NCBI GenBank assembly: GCA_024399035.1
Contig: JAKSID010000012.1
Location: 11,125-75,124 of the forward strand
Length of the DNA stretch: 64,000 bases
Source: Fibrobacter sp.
Lineage (GTDB): Bacteria; Fibrobacterota; Fibrobacteria; Fibrobacterales; Fibrobacteraceae
Direction of reading: 5' to 3'
Notes under the pieces: model-generated
The model's input: the letters and a program-made list of their open reading frames with translations, nothing else
Databases searched by the model: none
Told to the model about the DNA's origin: nothing
Part shown: positions 28,311 to 37,430 of the stretch, one piece after another
Layout: each line of letters begins with the position of its first letter
How positions within the stretch are numbered: the stretch's first letter is position 1
Made by a program: the position numbers and the translations under genes

Positions 28311-29181
28311 CTATTTCGGCGCCTTACTCGCCATCGTCATTTTCGGCTCCTACATGGTGCCCCTGAAAAAGTGGTCCTCCTATTCCTCCTGGGCCTTTCT
28401 CTCCATGATGACAACGGGAGCACTCATCTGCTCTCTGGTCATTGCCTTCGTGACGGGAACCTTCAACCTGAATCCCATCGGACTGCTCTGCGGTGTCCTG
28501 TGGGTGGCAGGTGGCGCCTTCAGTTTCTGGGCGGTACAAGCCGAGGCAGACCTGGCTGGCGCTGGCGTTCGTGCCATGGGCGTGAGCATTCTATCGTCAT
28601 TCCTGACGGGGGTTTTGCTCTTTGGGGAAACCTCCGATTTCAAGTTTTCCATCCCAGCGATTATCTGCTTCCTGGTGGGCTTGTCCCGCTTGACTCCGTC
28701 TACCGGAGGTTCCGTATTTAAAAACTGGCGCTCTTTCCTGGGCGGCTTTGTCTTTGGTACCTACCTCATTCCCTTTAAGATCGCTACAGCCAATGGCCTT
28801 GATCTCACTGACCTGGAATTCATGTGCCCGGCATCCATCGGTATTTTTGTTGGTAGCCAGATTCTAGTTGCTATTCTCACGCTGAAACGCAAGAAATCCT
28901 TTGGCTACCCTCTGGTCCCCAGCGTTATTTGCGTGGGTACCGGCGCCCTGTGGGTCTTTGGAATGCACGGCTGCTTTTGGGCTATCGCTCCCATTGCCGC
29001 AGGTGGCGCCTTGGGTTATGCCGTTGGCTATCCCCTTACCCAGCTGAACTTGCTGGTGAACCTTTGCTGGGGTGTGATTGTCTTTGGCGAATACAAAACA
29101 GGCAAGGAACGAATCAAGCTGCTTTTGGCGACTTTCATCATCCTTGCCGGTGCTGTTTTGCTCACCCTGTCTAAGGGCTAA
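28300..29181 (+). CDS. DMT-superfamily membrane transporter (GRP/glucose-uptake-like)
   Basis: About 10 TM segments; motifs FGSYMVP, GYPLTQ and WGVIVFGE. Start inferred at TTG 28300, overlapping mnmE. Confidence 0.75.
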   Translation: MGNSYFGALLAIVIFGSYMVPLKKWSSYSSWAFLSMMTTGALICSLVIAFVTGTFNLNPIGLLCGVLWVAGGAFSFWAVQAEADLAGAGVRAMGVSILSSFLTGVLLFGETSDFKFSIPAIICFLVGLSRLTPSTGGSVFKNWRSFLGGFVFGTYLIPFKIATANGLDLTDLEFMCPASIGIFVGSQILVAILTLKRKKSFGYPLVPSVICVGTGALWVFGMHGCFWAIAPIAAGGALGYAVGYPLTQLNLLVNLCWGVIVFGEYKTGKERIKLLLATFIILAGAVLLTLSKG

Positions 29182-29200
29182 TTTTCGAATAAATCTTTGT

Positions 29201-31798
29201 TTATTTTACTGAGATCTTTCTCTGGTTAAGAACCTTGCTGCCTTCGGTAAGGCGTACTACCAGGACTTTTCCTGCAAAGAGTGCTAGGTCAAGGCTGTAG
29301 TTTTCACCCGCAAATTGTGCGCTTGACATCTTGTTGCCCAACATGTCGAACAAGGCTACGGTCTTGACTGCAGAACCGCGTGCGGTGACGTGCAATGTTC
29401 TGTGATCCAGATTCATCTGGGTGCGGAAATTGCTTTCTACAGCAGTCACTGCGGTTCCAATGCTGGAACTAGAGACGGCGAACTCGCTGGAGCTAGAAAC
29501 TACATTCGCGCTGGAACTAGACACGATTGCTACACTAGAACTGGAAACCGCGACATTGCTTGAACTAGAGACTACAACTTGGCTGACGCTGGAAACGGCA
29601 GTAATCTGAATCTTGAAAATCACCTGCTTTCCGTTGTAAGTCAAGGCCTGGGCAATGTTGTAAGTGCCCGCGGTAACTCCGTTAGGATAATTTCCGATGG
29701 CGGCTGTCATGCTGCTCAAATTCAAGTTGGAATAGAAGGCGGCGCCTTCGCCCCAGCTAATCACGTTGCCTTGTGCGTCAAACCAGTGACCCGGTTCCTC
29801 TGCTGTGGAGGGGGTGTTGTCAAGAACGCCTGCGCTTGTAACAGCGCTGTAAGTCAAAGCTCCGCTCTGGTACAGGGAACTTGCGTTTGCTGCAGAAATT
29901 CCGAGGGCTGTTGCGACACTGCTTAAATCAAGGCTTACAGATTCGTAGGAATCGCTGATGGTCAGCTGAGTGCTCAGGTTAATGGTCTGTGTAACCAACT
30001 GCACGGAACTGCTACTGGACTTCGCGGAACTGCTGCTAATCGAAGAAGAACTTACCTTGACGGAGCTACTACTAATGTCATTGCGAGAGCTCGAAGAGCT
30101 CGTGGCAATCGAAGAGGAACTTGCCTTGACAGAGCTAGAGCTAGAAGAAACAGTACTACTGCAATCCCCGACGCTCACGCCACTTTGGGTTGCAAAGCAC
30201 ACGTTGCTATTCTTCTCTGTAATGCTGTAGAGCTGAATTCCCTGGCTCTTGCCTGCCCAAGAAGTAAAGGGCCCGTAGCTCGTTACATTCTGTGAACCCG
30301 GGAAAGGGTCATCCATAAAATGGGTTGTTTTAAAACCGTCGTAGTATCCGGTCACCCTCAGGTTGCCTGCTTCTACCACGTCGATTCTCTGATGAGTCTT
30401 GTCGTCATTTAGAGCGTCGCCTTCCCAAGCGGTTTGATCGTAGTCAATGTGCCAAATCAGCATGCCGTGATTGGGGAGGGCTGCATCCCATTTGGTCTTC
30501 TGACGGTTTTCCAGAACCCACCATTCATCGTTGTCGCCGCTAACAGAAATTTTGTAGGCCTTGTTGGTGGTGTTCAGCGGAGTGATTGTAGTAACAGCCG
30601 AAGAAGCGGTTAAAGTTGTATAGTTCATCCATCCCATGAATGCGCGTTCAAAACCGCTATAGCTGGGAGGTGTCAAACCGCCATTGGCGTACATGCCGGT
30701 TGCCATCACGTCCCAATAGTGGGTGCCGGGAGCCTGGTAGCTGCTGCTTGTAAAATCGTCATAGCAGTCGCTGGCACGCACGCAGTAATGGTCCATCAAA
30801 CCCATGGTGTGGCTAAATTCGTGAACAAAAACCGGGAAATAGCTTTGGTCACTGATGATGAAATAGCTGTTAAATTTTTTGCCGTTGCCGGCGTCCTGTT
30901 GGCCTACGTTATTCCAGCCCAATTCGTACTGGAATCCGCCCAGTTCTGTGCCGTTGCTGCCAGAAACTGCGCCTGCGTAAAGGAAACCTGTGGCGTCAAC
31001 AATGCCGTCGTTATTGGAGTCGTACTTTGATGCGTCAAAGTTGCTGTACTTGGAACGCATTGCAGAAATAGCTTCTTTTACCAGCTGGTCTTCGTTACCT
31101 ACGTAGCTGCTCAATGATTTGCTGACCGTAACGTAGTACAGGTCAAAGCTAGGTTTGAACACACCGCTGGACTGGTCGTTGAAATAATCGCGAACAGAGC
31201 CGGTGTGGCCTCCGGCGGTGTAGTTGTCTTGGTTGAGTGCCTTGTACAAAGCGGAGGAGTCTGTGCTGGCCTGGCTGCCGGAACCCGCAATCAAAATTAC
31301 GGGGAATTTAATGTCTCCCTTGGTATGGACTTTTGCGTTAGGCAGGGGACGAACCACCGGCACGCCGCTTGCACTGCTTTCGCTAACGGATTCGCTGCTT
31401 TCGCTTGCCACAGGAACCCAGTCGGGGCGCGTATTGCGTTCCTTGCGCTTCAAACGATCCGGATGCTTTTTCTGATGTGCATCCAGTACATTGCTCTTAT
31501 TTAGCGAGCGCAAAAATGCCTTGTCGGTAGCGCTGCGGGCATCCGCATTTTTTGCCTTGACGTTGGAACGCTCTCCCTTGCTATTGACGTAATAGTAGAC
31601 TCCGTTGGAGTCCTGTTCCAGCAAGTAACCGTCAATGGTCCTTGTAAAATTGTAGTGCTCGTCGCCTAACTTTTGAATAGTTACCGAATCGCCGCCGTTG
31701 TCAATTGTTCTGGGCGTCGGGTTGAAAGGCGCTGCCATTGCGCAAGTGAAAATTCCGGAAACGATTAAGCTTCCCCATAGAGTGTTGAGGTTTTTCAT
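29201..31798 (-). CDS. Secreted M6 (immune inhibitor A-like) metalloprotease with Ser-rich linkers
   Basis: Motifs GSVRDYF.DQS, HEFSHTMGLMD, WDVM, LENRQ and GMLIWHIDY. Confidence 0.88.
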   Translation of the reverse strand: MKNLNTLWGSLIVSGIFTCAMAAPFNPTPRTIDNGGDSVTIQKLGDEHYNFTRTIDGYLLEQDSNGVYYYVNSKGERSNVKAKNADARSATDKAFLRSLNKSNVLDAHQKKHPDRLKRKERNTRPDWVPVASESSESVSESSASGVPVVRPLPNAKVHTKGDIKFPVILIAGSGSQASTDSSALYKALNQDNYTAGGHTGSVRDYFNDQSSGVFKPSFDLYYVTVSKSLSSYVGNEDQLVKEAISAMRSKYSNFDASKYDSNNDGIVDATGFLYAGAVSGSNGTELGGFQYELGWNNVGQQDAGNGKKFNSYFIISDQSYFPVFVHEFSHTMGLMDHYCVRASDCYDDFTSSSYQAPGTHYWDVMATGMYANGGLTPPSYSGFERAFMGWMNYTTLTASSAVTTITPLNTTNKAYKISVSGDNDEWWVLENRQKTKWDAALPNHGMLIWHIDYDQTAWEGDALNDDKTHQRIDVVEAGNLRVTGYYDGFKTTHFMDDPFPGSQNVTSYGPFTSWAGKSQGIQLYSITEKNSNVCFATQSGVSVGDCSSTVSSSSSSVKASSSSIATSSSSSRNDISSSSVKVSSSSISSSSAKSSSSSVQLVTQTINLSTQLTISDSYESVSLDLSSVATALGISAANASSLYQSGALTYSAVTSAGVLDNTPSTAEEPGHWFDAQGNVISWGEGAAFYSNLNLSSMTAAIGNYPNGVTAGTYNIAQALTYNGKQVIFKIQITAVSSVSQVVVSSSSNVAVSSSSVAIVSSSSANVVSSSSEFAVSSSSIGTAVTAVESNFRTQMNLDHRTLHVTARGSAVKTVALFDMLGNKMSSAQFAGENYSLDLALFAGKVLVVRLTEGSKVLNQRKISVK

Positions 31799-31915
31799 AC
31801 ACCAATCCTTAAAAACATCCAAGTTGGAATATATGTTGGCATATGAAAAATGTCCCCCGGTGAAAGGGAACATTTTGTATGAAATGTGTTTGAACTGTGT
31901 TAAAGACAGTGTTTT

Positions 31916-34030
31916 TTATTTCACGGCAATTTTCTTGCTTGCACCATTAACCTTTACTATATAAATGCCGATCTTCAATCCGGAGAGGCTCATGGTGGTG
32001 CTGCCTGCGACCATGGGCTGGCTCATAACCCTACGTCCACTCAGGTCCATCAGCTGGACTGCGGTTGCTTTGGCGTTCTGCAAGCTTACGGTTAAGACGC
32101 GTCCCTGAAGGTTGATGTTAGCAGCAATGGACGGTACGTTAGGAATAATGGCGTCGCTAGTAGATGCAATGGGCTTCGTTACTTCGTCATAGCGGGCGGT
32201 TAATGCCATCAGGTACCAGGTGGAGTGGGGAAGCCACTGCTCGATCCAACGCCAGTTGTTCCAGGGTTCATCGGCTTTTCCGATGGCGGCCACATCATCC
32301 CAAACGATTCCGCTACCGTCTTCCTTGAGGCCGCTGATGCCGTTAGCGATACCCCCTTCCAAGGTGGCGTCGTAATCAGAAGATCCGTTGTACTTGGCAG
32401 GATTCTTGTTGCCCTTGCCATACATCATGCAGACGCCATAGGGGTTCTTTCCGAGAATCCAGTCTAGCTGATCGGTGGCGTATTTTTCAACGTCATTTTT
32501 TATTTCACTGTCAGCTAATTCCCCAAGGAATTTCTGGGCGTAGATTACTGCGGCAGAAAGGCTTGCAATGCGGGCGTCTTCGCCTTGCCACCAGTACTTG
32601 CTTTCGTTGTCGTGGGGGATAAAGAAGGTGTTCTTGATGGCGCCTTGGGTCTTTGCGGTCTGGCGGGCGTAACCGAAGGGATTGTCCACTTCTGTAGTTA
32701 CGGAAACGAGCCATTTCAAATGTTTTTTTATGGCATTTACTGCGTAATCAAGCATGATGTTGCGACAAGAGCAACCCATGCAATCGGGACAATCGTTCCT
32801 TCCTTCCTTGTCTTCTACTTCTGCGAAATTGACGAGAGCGACTAGGGGGAGCCCTGCGTCGCTAGCGTGCCAGAAGGGGCGAGTCTTTGCGTCGTCGCTC
32901 CAGAAATAACCTTCTTCGCTGAGTCGGCTAATCAGTTGGTCTGCCCTTGATTCTGCTTCGTAGAGGTATTTGCTTTCGTTGGTAGCCTTGTACAATTCCG
33001 TTGCAGCCAGCAAGGCGGTGTAATCGTCAATGATGTTTTCCTTGCCGTCATCGCAGTATTCGCAGTTGCCGTCAATGGATTGCTTTGCCTGCAAATGATC
33101 AAAACCCTTGATTGCGGCAGCCAAGTATTGTTCGCTAGTGTAATCTCCGTTTTTACCAAGAGTGGATGCGCGGGCGAGAGCTGCGATGGCCATGCCGCCT
33201 CCTTCACGGAAAGCTGCCTGATAGTCGGCACTTTTTACACCGTCACTTCCGCTGAAAGCACAAAGATAACGGTTGCCCTGTCCCCAGTTGTCGAATACCG
33301 TCATGTAGAAGAATCCGGACTCGTCCTGCATGCGCATCAAGAAGTCTGCGCCGTAAATAGCTTCGTCGATGGCGGTAACGGTGGAGGGGTTTGCAGTCAA
33401 TGTGCTGGGCATCTTTTCGGCGGTAAATGCCAATGCCCAGACGGTCAGCGGAATCTGCTGTGGGTTCAGGTAGTTGGCGTATGAAAGATGGCTGAAGTAC
33501 TTGCTCACGTCACCGCTGGCGTCGTACCAGCCACCGTGAACGTCGCGGGTGACTCCGCTGCTGCCGTAGACGGAAACCTTCTTGTCCCAACCTACGATGG
33601 GATCCTTATCGGCGCGGTCCTTGTAGAAGTAATCCATCACAGACTTCAGGGTGTTTGCTGCCAATGCGTTTTCCGCCACTACGAAATAGTCTGATGTGGA
33701 GGGTGAACTTTCGTTGACGCTGACATAGTAGGTGCCAGGCTTAAGTTCTTCGCCCAGGTCGATGACGTAGTACTTGCCGTTCTTGCTCCAGTTATCCGGA
33801 TTGACGCCTGCGCCAAAAGTTCCGTGTGTAACTGTTTGCCCGGTCATTCCGTCAGAACCGCCGCCAAACAAGGCCCAGTCTACACCTTCCAGGTTCTTGT
33901 CGCTTTCCACGATGATGGAAACGGGCTGACCAACATCGTAGCCTACCTGATTGTAATAAAATGCGTTGTCTGCGTTGGCAACAGCGGCCAAGGCGGCGAA
34001 AGTAGAAACGGTAAAAAACTTTGTTCTCAT
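31916..34030 (-). CDS. Secreted GH9 glycoside hydrolase (Cel9D/glucosaminidase-like subgroup)
   Basis: Motifs NQVGY, GGWYDASGD, WILGKNP and WRWIEQWLPH. Confidence 0.88.
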   Translation of the reverse strand: MRTKFFTVSTFAALAAVANADNAFYYNQVGYDVGQPVSIIVESDKNLEGVDWALFGGGSDGMTGQTVTHGTFGAGVNPDNWSKNGKYYVIDLGEELKPGTYYVSVNESSPSTSDYFVVAENALAANTLKSVMDYFYKDRADKDPIVGWDKKVSVYGSSGVTRDVHGGWYDASGDVSKYFSHLSYANYLNPQQIPLTVWALAFTAEKMPSTLTANPSTVTAIDEAIYGADFLMRMQDESGFFYMTVFDNWGQGNRYLCAFSGSDGVKSADYQAAFREGGGMAIAALARASTLGKNGDYTSEQYLAAAIKGFDHLQAKQSIDGNCEYCDDGKENIIDDYTALLAATELYKATNESKYLYEAESRADQLISRLSEEGYFWSDDAKTRPFWHASDAGLPLVALVNFAEVEDKEGRNDCPDCMGCSCRNIMLDYAVNAIKKHLKWLVSVTTEVDNPFGYARQTAKTQGAIKNTFFIPHDNESKYWWQGEDARIASLSAAVIYAQKFLGELADSEIKNDVEKYATDQLDWILGKNPYGVCMMYGKGNKNPAKYNGSSDYDATLEGGIANGISGLKEDGSGIVWDDVAAIGKADEPWNNWRWIEQWLPHSTWYLMALTARYDEVTKPIASTSDAIIPNVPSIAANINLQGRVLTVSLQNAKATAVQLMDLSGRRVMSQPMVAGSTTMSLSGLKIGIYIVKVNGASKKIAVK

Positions 34031-34413
34031 GACCTAAAATTTAAATTCTCGGCTGAAGATTAAATCGGGTGCGGGGGCAAACTCTTGTTTACGGATGTGT
34101 CAGGCTGAAAACGTGTCTCTGTGAATTGTAATTTACGCAAAATGTGCGTTATAAAATAATTCGGAGAAATCGAATTTTCTGTTTATGGGATCGATTTTTC
34201 TTGGCTACTTTCAAGTTTCACTCAGGAAAAGATGTTTTTTAGTTGTAAACTGCTCTCTTAACTGGTTGATTTTTAAGGAAATACAGGTGGAAAACAAATA
34301 TTCTACGCAAAAATATCGTTAAAAACAAAGATTGTTGAATACTTTTTGATCCTCTCCCTTGAACCCCGGATTTGATTAATCTACCTTTGGTCTCATAAAA
34401 AATGAGGTAAAAT

Positions 34414-35355
34414 ATGTACTACGAAAGCATTAAGGTTCTCGACTGCACCATCCGTGACGGTGGTCTCGTCAACAAGCACGACTTCTCCCTGGAATTCGTC
34501 CGTCGTCTTTACACCCTCCTGTCCGCCGCTGGCGTCGACTACATGGAAATGGGTTACAAGAACTCTCCGGAACTGTTCGACCCCAAGGAATACGGTCCGT
34601 GGAAGTTCTGCGATGACGATCTGCTGTGGAAGGTAAAGGACGGCATCGATTCCAAGATGAAGATGGCCGTGATGGCAGACGTGGGTCGCGTGAATATGGA
34701 CGCTGTGAAGCCCGCTTCTGAAAGCCCGTACCAGATGTTCCGCGTTGCTTCTTACGTGAAGAACATCGACAAGGGTATCGAAATGGTGAACGCCTTCAAC
34801 CAGATGGGTTACGAAACCACTCTGAACATCATGGCTGTTAGCCGTGACCGCGGTCCGGAACTGGACGAAGCTCTCCATCAGGTCAACGAAGAATGCAAGG
34901 CCGACGTCTTGTACCTCGTTGACTCCTTCGGCGCCTTCTACCAGGAAGACATCGATAAGGAAATGGCTCGCTACCGCGGCATCGTAAAGAACAAGCGCTT
35001 CGGTTTCCACGGCCACAACAACCAGCAGCTGGCTTTCTCCAACACCATTCAGGCTATCATCAACCACGTTGACTTCCTCGATGGTTCAGTGTCCGGCATG
35101 GGCCGTGGCGCAGGCAACTGCACCACCGAACTTCTCCTTGGCTTCCTGAAGAACCCCAAGTACGATCTGCGCCCGGTTCTCGATGCTTACCAGGAACTGT
35201 TCCTCCCGCTCCAGGCTAAGTACGAATGGGGCTACATCATTCCTCAGATGATCACCGGTATGCTGAACCGTCATCCGCAGGATGCTATCGCCATCCGCAA
35301 GACCGATGACAAGGACAACTACCGCAAGTTCTTCGATCATATGATGAACGATTAA
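34414..35355 (+). CDS. DRE-TIM/HMGL-like aldolase catalytic-domain protein
   Basis: Motifs LDCTIRDGG, VDSFG, GFHGHNN and GMGRGAGN. Confidence 0.85.
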   Translation: MYYESIKVLDCTIRDGGLVNKHDFSLEFVRRLYTLLSAAGVDYMEMGYKNSPELFDPKEYGPWKFCDDDLLWKVKDGIDSKMKMAVMADVGRVNMDAVKPASESPYQMFRVASYVKNIDKGIEMVNAFNQMGYETTLNIMAVSRDRGPELDEALHQVNEECKADVLYLVDSFGAFYQEDIDKEMARYRGIVKNKRFGFHGHNNQQLAFSNTIQAIINHVDFLDGSVSGMGRGAGNCTTELLLGFLKNPKYDLRPVLDAYQELFLPLQAKYEWGYIIPQMITGMLNRHPQDAIAIRKTDDKDNYRKFFDHMMND

Positions 35356-35554
35356 GAGGCGAATCCTGCGCAGAAATGCTCGCATTTCTGCATAGGTGAG
35401 CCGAAGAATCGAGCGCTAGTTATGAAATAACTAGCGCCATGACAAGAGCCGAGGGCTGCGCGGACGCTTGCGTACGCATTGCCGAGGCGCAGCGAGTCGT
35501 GGGGCGGGGCGAAGCACCGGCCAACATGATTGGCAAACCGAGTGCCACGACTAG
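35356..35554. repeat. Multi-hairpin intergenic element (REP-like array or structured RNA)
   Basis: Three different stems separated by GAG(G/C)CG, followed by a domain closed by an 8-bp stem. Confidence 0.55.
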
Positions 35555-35565
35555 CATCCCATCAT

Positions 35566-35615
35566 AAAAAAAATATCCCGAGTCCAGCATTGTGCTGACT
35601 CGGGATTTTTCTTTT
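35566..35615. terminator. Intrinsic terminator
   Basis: ATCCCGAGTC...GACTCGGGAT flanked by A and T tracts. A second hairpin, CCCCCGC/GCGGGGG, lies at ~35643-35660. Confidence 0.75.
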
Positions 35616-35717
35616 CCCTCAATTCTCCGCAAACACAAAAGGCCCCCGCATACGCGGGGGTCTTTCCCTTCCCCTAGAAAACCAAACGTGGGGAAGGAAG
35701 GAGTAGAGGTTAGAAAC

Positions 35718-37193
35718 TTACGGCATGGTGAAGGAATTCAGGAACGGCCAACCGACCTTAGCGTCGCCATAATCGTGGCCACCACCCTGCTTGGTGCAAA
35801 GAACCACTCTGACGCCATCCTTACAACCGGTATATTCTTCGCAACCATCGGAGTTGGTGATAGAGGAGGCTGTGTTACAACCATTCTTGTCTCCCCAGAA
35901 CTTGAAATTCTTCTTGGCTCCAAGGAAGTTCAGACCGTCGTTAAAGCCGCTGTCTCCGCCTTCGTATCTGCAAACATTGTCTGCGGTGCCACGGAACATG
36001 ATGATAGAGATAGGACGAGTGGTATTGCAGCTTGCGCTGTTAACAGTGTTCAAGTCCATAGCTGCGGGTGCAACTGCTGCGAAAATGTCGGACATGTTGC
36101 AAGCAACGTGATTGCTCATGCCGCCGCCCATGGAGAAACCTGCTGCATAGACGCGCTTGGTGTCGATGCAAACCAATTCTTCAACCTTCTTGATCATTTC
36201 GCGAGAGAACTTAATGTCGTCATCGTAAGAGCAGCAAGGACCAACGTTCCAGCCCGGGCCCATAGTCTTGGTGGTGCCCTGCGGGTACAGAGAAATGCCA
36301 CCCAGTGCGTCGGTGTAGGTCTTGTAACCGGAAGCGTTCATGTGGCTGGCAGACTGGCCGCCAATGGGATGGTAGTCCACTACCAGGGGGACGGGCTTGT
36401 CGCCCTTGTATGCAGAGGGAACTCGCATAATGAAAGTGCGCTGTTTGCCGTCAACGGTAATGCTCATGTTGTGCTCGCCTGCGGCGTAAGTCTTGCCTGC
36501 ACAGTTGACGACCAGTTCTACGCTGGAGCTGCTTACGGGAGCAACAGAAGAACTAGAGGGGGTAACGCTGGAACTAGAAACTGCGGGCTTGACTTCGCTG
36601 GAGCTAGAAGCAACAGGAGCTTCACCAACCTTTTCCATCACGATGATAACGCCAGTTTCGACTTCTGCCTTCATGGTGTAAGTCAAGTTGACGTAGCCTT
36701 CCTTAGCGAACTGGAGCATAGCCATAGGATCGCCGGCCTTCATTAAGGCACCGTTTGCAAGAACGTAGTTTTCGCTTTCGCTGTTGCTTGCAACCTTGAC
36801 AATCATCAGCTTCTGGTTGCCGAATTTCTTGAGATCAATAGATGCGCTTGCGGAGTTGAATTCCTTCTGTGCCTGAACCTTGCCCAGAGCGTCCATCAAG
36901 GAAACCTTGACTGCGATTTTGCTGGGGTTTGTGATGTTCAGGTTAAAACCGTCTCTCTTTACGGAAAGGTTGTTCATGGCAGTAATGCTAGGGAGAGCTT
37001 CGGTGCCTTCGTTAGAGAGGTTGAACTTACCCTGGGCATCGGAGGTGGTGGAATAGCCACCGTAGTTAAAGCCATCGATCTTGACAAATGCAAGGGGGGA
37101 ACCGGCCTTATCGGTAACGGTACCGTCAATCGTCCAAGCGGATGCTGCCATTGCGGCCAGCAGGACTCCACCAAAGAGCGGCTTGAAATTCAT
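35718..37193 (-). CDS. Secreted CE1/PHB-depolymerase-like (feruloyl-type) esterase
   Basis: Signal peptide, Ser linker, and motifs WNVGPCC, GFSMGG (nucleophile), GTAD and GGH. Confidence 0.8.
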   Translation of the reverse strand: MNFKPLFGGVLLAAMAASAWTIDGTVTDKAGSPLAFVKIDGFNYGGYSTTSDAQGKFNLSNEGTEALPSITAMNNLSVKRDGFNLNITNPSKIAVKVSLMDALGKVQAQKEFNSASASIDLKKFGNQKLMIVKVASNSESENYVLANGALMKAGDPMAMLQFAKEGYVNLTYTMKAEVETGVIIVMEKVGEAPVASSSSEVKPAVSSSSVTPSSSSVAPVSSSSVELVVNCAGKTYAAGEHNMSITVDGKQRTFIMRVPSAYKGDKPVPLVVDYHPIGGQSASHMNASGYKTYTDALGGISLYPQGTTKTMGPGWNVGPCCSYDDDIKFSREMIKKVEELVCIDTKRVYAAGFSMGGGMSNHVACNMSDIFAAVAPAAMDLNTVNSASCNTTRPISIIMFRGTADNVCRYEGGDSGFNDGLNFLGAKKNFKFWGDKNGCNTASSITNSDGCEEYTGCKDGVRVVLCTKQGGGHDYGDAKVGWPFLNSFTMP

Positions 37194-37430
37194 TTTTACT
37201 CCTTTTTTTTTGTTGCTTTGATTGTGTATGCAACGTGATTTGATTTTATCAACGCTTCAAATATAACTCAAAGTGTGTAAAAACTTGTGTAAATATTTAT
37301 TCAATAATGCGATTTTTGTTTAAAAATGTGCAAATGGTGTGTAAAAATTATTCTGATAAATTCAAAAAAACACAAAAAAACGTGCAGGGATGAACCTTGC
37401 ACGCTTCGTTTTTGAAAATTTTAGCCTTTT

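Noticed and set aside
29430-29600. Nucleotide-level repeats in Ser-rich linkers as an independent array
   Set aside because: Explained by the repeated VSSSS peptide linkers common in these secreted proteins.
35495-35552. tRNA or SRP RNA
   Set aside because: It lacks a T-loop (TTCG), a D-loop, CCA, and the SRP domain IV consensus.
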